From the human T2T-CHM13v2.0 reference genome, Homo sapiens, in the NCBI RefSeq assembly GCF_009914755.1, contig NC_060929.1: DNA of 64,000 nt; one strand, written 5' to 3'. The notes under the pieces are model-generated. The model did not search any database and was not told the origin of the DNA. It was given only the letters and a program-made list of their open reading frames with translations. Both the position numbers and the translations under genes were made by a program. The number at the start of each line of letters is the position of its first letter. Within the stretch, counting starts at the first letter, position 1. Positions 59,413 through 64,000 of this stretch are shown here, piece by piece.

Positions 59413-59681
59413 TCATCCAGAGGCACTTAGCAAACTTCTCTAGGCTCACCAGCAGAACTCTATTTCATGCCCATCCTTGAACTGGTATATGGTGCTGGGG
59501 ATGTCCTATACTTACTGACTATGCCTAAATTCCTGCAAGAATCAATGTCAAGAAAGACAGAATTACCATTACACCAATCAGGTCCACAGCTTCAGTTAGG
59601 GGTATTCAATCTTCCATTGGTATTTGGGCTACAATTGAAAAGAGGGGTACCATATCTTCTATTCCATAACCCTCATTAATT

Positions 59682-59684
<3 letters not shown>

Positions 59685-59720
<36 letters not shown>
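59685..59720. repeat. (CA)18 microsatellite
   Basis: Uninterrupted CA run. Confidence 0.97.
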
Positions 59721-59724
<4 letters not shown>

Positions 59725-61651
59725 ACCTTGAAAGTTTAGTGGCTTTGCCAAGGTCATGCAAACTTGTCTTGTGAATCTGAAGTGAATTAAGTCATGTAAA
59801 ATAGCTTGGCAATCTAAAGAGCATCACACACCTTCCTCATCTTAGTATCATTGCTCCTAAAGTCCACTGAAATCAGACCCCTCATGTAAGTATGACTCAA
59901 TATTTCCCGAATCCTATACTTGGCAAAGTATTTCTAAAAATGTTATACTGAAATATCTTAAGTTCTTAAAAATTTAATTTTAAACAAGTTATTAGAATAA
60001 TATAAATTTATATAAAATTAATAACATATTGACATACATCAAAGGCTTAAATCTATCAGTAAGGTACATGTTGAGGGCAAAGAAAGTCTGACTGGTTTAT
60101 ATTGGATTTTCTTTGTTTCTTGACAGTACTCATGTCCTCCCTCCTCTTCCAGCCTCATAGATTAGATTCTGTGATCTCAGTACCATAAAGTCTTGCCATA
60201 TTTTTTCAGTCATAGTTATTAGCAGATTAAACTAACTTAAATAAAATTCAAACGATTGAATAAAATATCCATAAATTAGCCTCATAATACATACAACTAA
60301 AGAAATATGGAATAGAAGATCTTTTATAATCTAACTACACATAAATAAAAGCTGTCAGATAAGATCTAAGCATCTGAGACTATATTTGGCAAAGTCACAA
60401 AATTTGTAACATAAAAGAAGCAGAGTAGGAGAGCATTTTAAAGTCTTCAGCATATGGAGTTAGTTCAAAGCGGGAAATGGCATAGAATTATTATGAATTA
60501 TTTTTGGATGTGATTCAAAATTTAAGCTAGTAATAGGCATACATTAGTCTACCTGGCTTGAAAAATAACTGAGCTATGAAATAAAATGAAGACATGAATA
60601 GGACATTTTAATTAGTGATATTATTATGTGTACTTAGGATAAACTATTTGGAAAGGGCACTTGCTAAGTTATCCACTGGAGGATCAAGCAGTGAATGATA
60701 AAACTATATGTTATCATTGCCAGGAACAAAATACGCGTATTTGCCAAATTCAGCATTTTCTGTGATATTTTAGAGCCTAACCTACATTTTAGATTTTAGT
60801 CATACCCTTTCCTTTTCAAGTGATCCTAACTATTCAAAAGCTTCAGGAATAGAGATTCTAGGAAATTAAAAATTATAACAAAAATTATCACCAGTTTCCC
60901 AAACCAAAAGTATTTAGTTACTCTCATTTTCTACATTTATTCAGAGTATACACCAAATCCTAAACTGCATTCTGTACCGTCATGATCGTGTTCTTTAAAA
61001 ATTGGTCTTTATACTTCTTTTTCAAATAGTACAATAAAACTCATTTTAATGTAATACCATTTTAACAGGAATGCTGCTTTTGTAAAATTAAAATGACTGC
61101 CTGGTAAGAAAGATTTTAATGATGCTTATGAGCCTTTTATGTCAATTATCACTAGGGTTTTGGCATTCATAGACACTAATAAATGGGAGAAGAAGAAAGT
61201 CCTATTTTATCACCTATCATTACCCTAATAAAATAGGATATTTTTTCAATAAGAGTATTAAGAGAAATTGCCTATTTCCATTTTTCCAGAAAATCCATTT
61301 CTACAAAGTAACCTTAGCTTTGACCCATTCTGAAAGAAACAAACACTGCTGTAGGTTTTATGCCCATCTTCCTTATATATATTTTCTTCATTCAGCTCCA
61401 GCAGCAGTCATAAGCTTGGGCAGAATTCCATTCCTCATCTGTCCAATATTCTGGAAGTAGGATCTACTATTGTTTGAATGCACTACCATCCATTATCTTT
61501 CCAAAGTACCTATTTGCCAACAAAATCCTCATTGAATTTTATAATGTTCTATCTTATGTGAATAAATTAAACTAATATATATTTGCAATCTACCTGGTAG
61601 TAGGCACTGTGATAGGCAGACATCTCAAAGATTTTTATTCCCTCTGAAAAC

Positions 61652-61997
61652 ATTTTGTTGTTTTTTGTTTCTGTTTTTGTTTTGTTTTGTTTTAGAGATG
61701 AGGACTTACTCTGTTGCCCAGGTTGGAGTGTGGAGTACAAAGTGTGATCATAGTTCACTGAAGCCTGGGACTCCTGGGCTCAAGAGATCCTTCTGCCTCA
61801 CTCTCCTGAGTAGCTGGGACTATAGGCACATGCCACCACGCCTGACTAATTATTTTGTTTTTCCTTTTTTGATTTTTGTTAGAGAGGGCTGACTCACTAG
61901 TTGGAAAGGTTGATGTCAAACTCCTGGCTTCAAGCAATCCTCCTGCCTTGGCCTCCCAAAACACTAGGATTATAGGCATGAGCTACCATGCCTGGTC
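61652..61997 (-). mobile_element. AluJ with (TTTTG)n tail
   Basis: actcctgggctcaagagatcc and gcttcaagcaatcctcctgccttggcctcccaaa are J-type. Degenerate TSD tgaaaacatttt (61645-61656) / tgaacacattgt (61998-62009). Confidence 0.9.
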
Positions 61998-62240
61998 TGA
62001 ACACATTGTCTTAATTTCTATCTCTACAGCTTTATTTTTTTCCTCTGCACTTACTTAGCTCTATCTCTAAAATCACACCTTTGTATCTGTATCTTACCAA
62101 GTTCTCTCATGGTACTGTCCATTATGTTTTCTTATCTGAATTTGTTTGCTCTATTGGTATTCTTGGACATTAATAGTTCTCACTGACACCAACTTACATG
62201 AAAACAATATTTTCCTTATGCAATTCTAAGGACCTCGAAA

Positions 62241-62710
62241 TGACAAAGATTCTCTGCTGGACCAAAATTGACTTAGTGTTCTAAAACTTCTCCAACGTTC
62301 ATCTGTGCACTTCCTTGTAAAATCCATTTTCAGCAAAAACCCTAAGTAAGTATAATAAAAATCCTGTATGCTTGATATCTCACCACCCTTAATATCTGAT
62401 CAGGTTCCTTATGCTCTACCATCCTCGACTGGATGTCTGATCAGCCTGTCCTGTCTTCGGCAAGAATCCTGTTAGGTAGGTTTATTCAGAATTCAACTTA
62501 CCCCTTATGTTTCCTCTTAGTGATTTTTCATTCATTGAACCCCACCCTGTTCCTCAACCATAAATTTGTACTTGCCATCACCGTATTCAGAGTTGAGCCC
62601 AATTTCCCTCTCCCACTGCAAAATCTCATTGCAGTGGTTCCATACCTATCTTGATGGTCCTGAATAAAGTCTTCCTCACCAGACTTTAACAAGTATCATT
62701 GAATAATTGG
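62241..62710 (+). mobile_element. MER31-type ERV1 solo LTR
   Basis: Starts tgacaaagattctct..gaccaaa; gcaagaatcctgttagg; gtattcagagttgagccca; polyA signal in tgaataaagtcttcct. Confidence 0.8.
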
Positions 62711-62879
62711 TATTAATGTACTTCTACTCTAATAGTGCCCCTGGAAGCAAATGTGCACCAAAAATATATTTTACTTTAGCAATTCTAAAGACTCTAACCC
62801 ATGGTGATTTAAAAATTTTCACGTTTTACAGATATATTTACTTAAACTAGTAAACCTTGCAGTATGCATCTATTATTCT

Positions 62880-63340
62880 ATCATCTATTTCCTTTGAATT
62901 TTCTTTTGGGAAACAATTATTCCTAATCTCAGTCTTTGAAATTGTGGATGGGAGAATGTACTTCCTGGCTGTTCCTGGCCACAGTGAATGATTTAATGTC
63001 GATTACGAGATAGATGCCAAACCAGATGAACTCAATCCAGACACTTGGGTCAAAATTACAGGATATTAAGCACTCTTTTTCAGGTAGGTTTGCCAAACCA
63101 ATAGAATCAAATCACCCTTTCTTTGCCAGGAGCAGAGAGACATAAAAGCAATACAGAGGAAACCAGAACTGAGTGACAAATAGATTTCTGATGTAATCTT
63201 CAATCACATAAAATCATTCATGCTTGGAAACAGCTCTACTAATGAAATGTTCTGTTATTTGAGCAAGAGATTGCTTGCTTGCATTTTTTCTTTATTTAAT
63301 TTGAGTTTACATTACCTGTAAGCGAGAGTCCTAAGGTACA
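62880..63340 (+). mobile_element. MLT1J/K-like LTR
   Basis: cctggccacagtga; aagcaatacagaggaaaccaga; 3' end tttgagtttacattacctgtaagcgagagtcctaaggtaca. Confidence 0.55.
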
Positions 63341-63879
63341 TTCTTAACTGTAGTCATCCATCCATTCTTATAAATCTTCATCTTTTTCCCTACATAAACC
63401 TGCAACAATCCAGGTATAATGCAAACATTCACAGGCCATCACCAATGGTTAGATTCTCTTCACCATTTCTTTTCCAACCCAAGGTTCAGTGTTCCCTATA
63501 ATTGTCTCGCATATCTCTTCTTTATAGAGCCTCTAATTTCTTCCTAAATTACTCTTAGCTTAGATGAGTATTTTTTGCCTCAATGACACACTAATGGTAT
63601 TTGCCCTAGTGGACATCTACCATTCCCTTCACATGACTATTTGTTTACACATTTTTTCTTTTATATCTTTTTCTGCTCTCAGTGCTGTTTCTGCCCCATA
63701 CTGTGTATTTCCATCTTTCCCTCCCAACCAATGACCTCAATATTATTCACTGCATCTCCACGTGGAAGTTTGGCCTCAAGTCTGAGAAAAAATTAACCTT
63801 GGTTCTTTGTATTTGCCTCTTAGTCTGTATGTTAAATTCTGATTTGTACTAACTGCCTGCTTGTAATAACTACCAATTC

Positions 63880-63990
63880 TCATGTAAGTTTGACTAGATG
63901 TAGAAACTTAGGCAAGCTATCTCGCCTCTCTGGACTCCAATTTCTCACCTGAACACGAGAGATACACATTAAAACCTCTTCTGGTGTTAC
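63880..63990 (+). mobile_element. MIR fragment
   Basis: acttaggcaagctatctcgcctctctggactccaatttctcacctg core. Confidence 0.65.
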
Positions 63991-64000
63991 TTTAAAAAAT

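Overview
This is primate (almost certainly human) nuclear DNA: AT-rich, CpG-poor, non-coding and dense in transposable-element fossils, typical of a gene desert or a deep intron. I can support no host protein-coding exon, RNA gene, CpG island or CRISPR-like structure. The ORF track is explained by L1 ORF1/ORF2 debris, Alu reading frames, simple repeats and chance ORFs. Recognisable content: eight Alu or Alu-monomer copies plus one split monomer, including a CpG-intact, probably very young AluY at 49441; five L1 bodies, all on the + strand; THE1, MST, MLT1, MER31, MER67, MER89/90-like and ERVL-type LTRs; Tigger1, MER2, MER58, Charlie4 and MER5 DNA-transposon relics; many MIR and L2 fragments; and several microsatellites. 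Subfamily names come from my memory of consensus sequences and need RepeatMasker/Dfam confirmation. I did not find an undescribed biological system. The best unexplained structures are two short dispersed direct copies that look like locally templated insertions (45664-45742 repeated at 46845-46921; 53673-53717 repeated at 56303-56347), a multi-layer nested insertion cluster (41040-47382), a 68-bp tandem duplication, and two transcription-factor motif clusters in apparently unique sequence.
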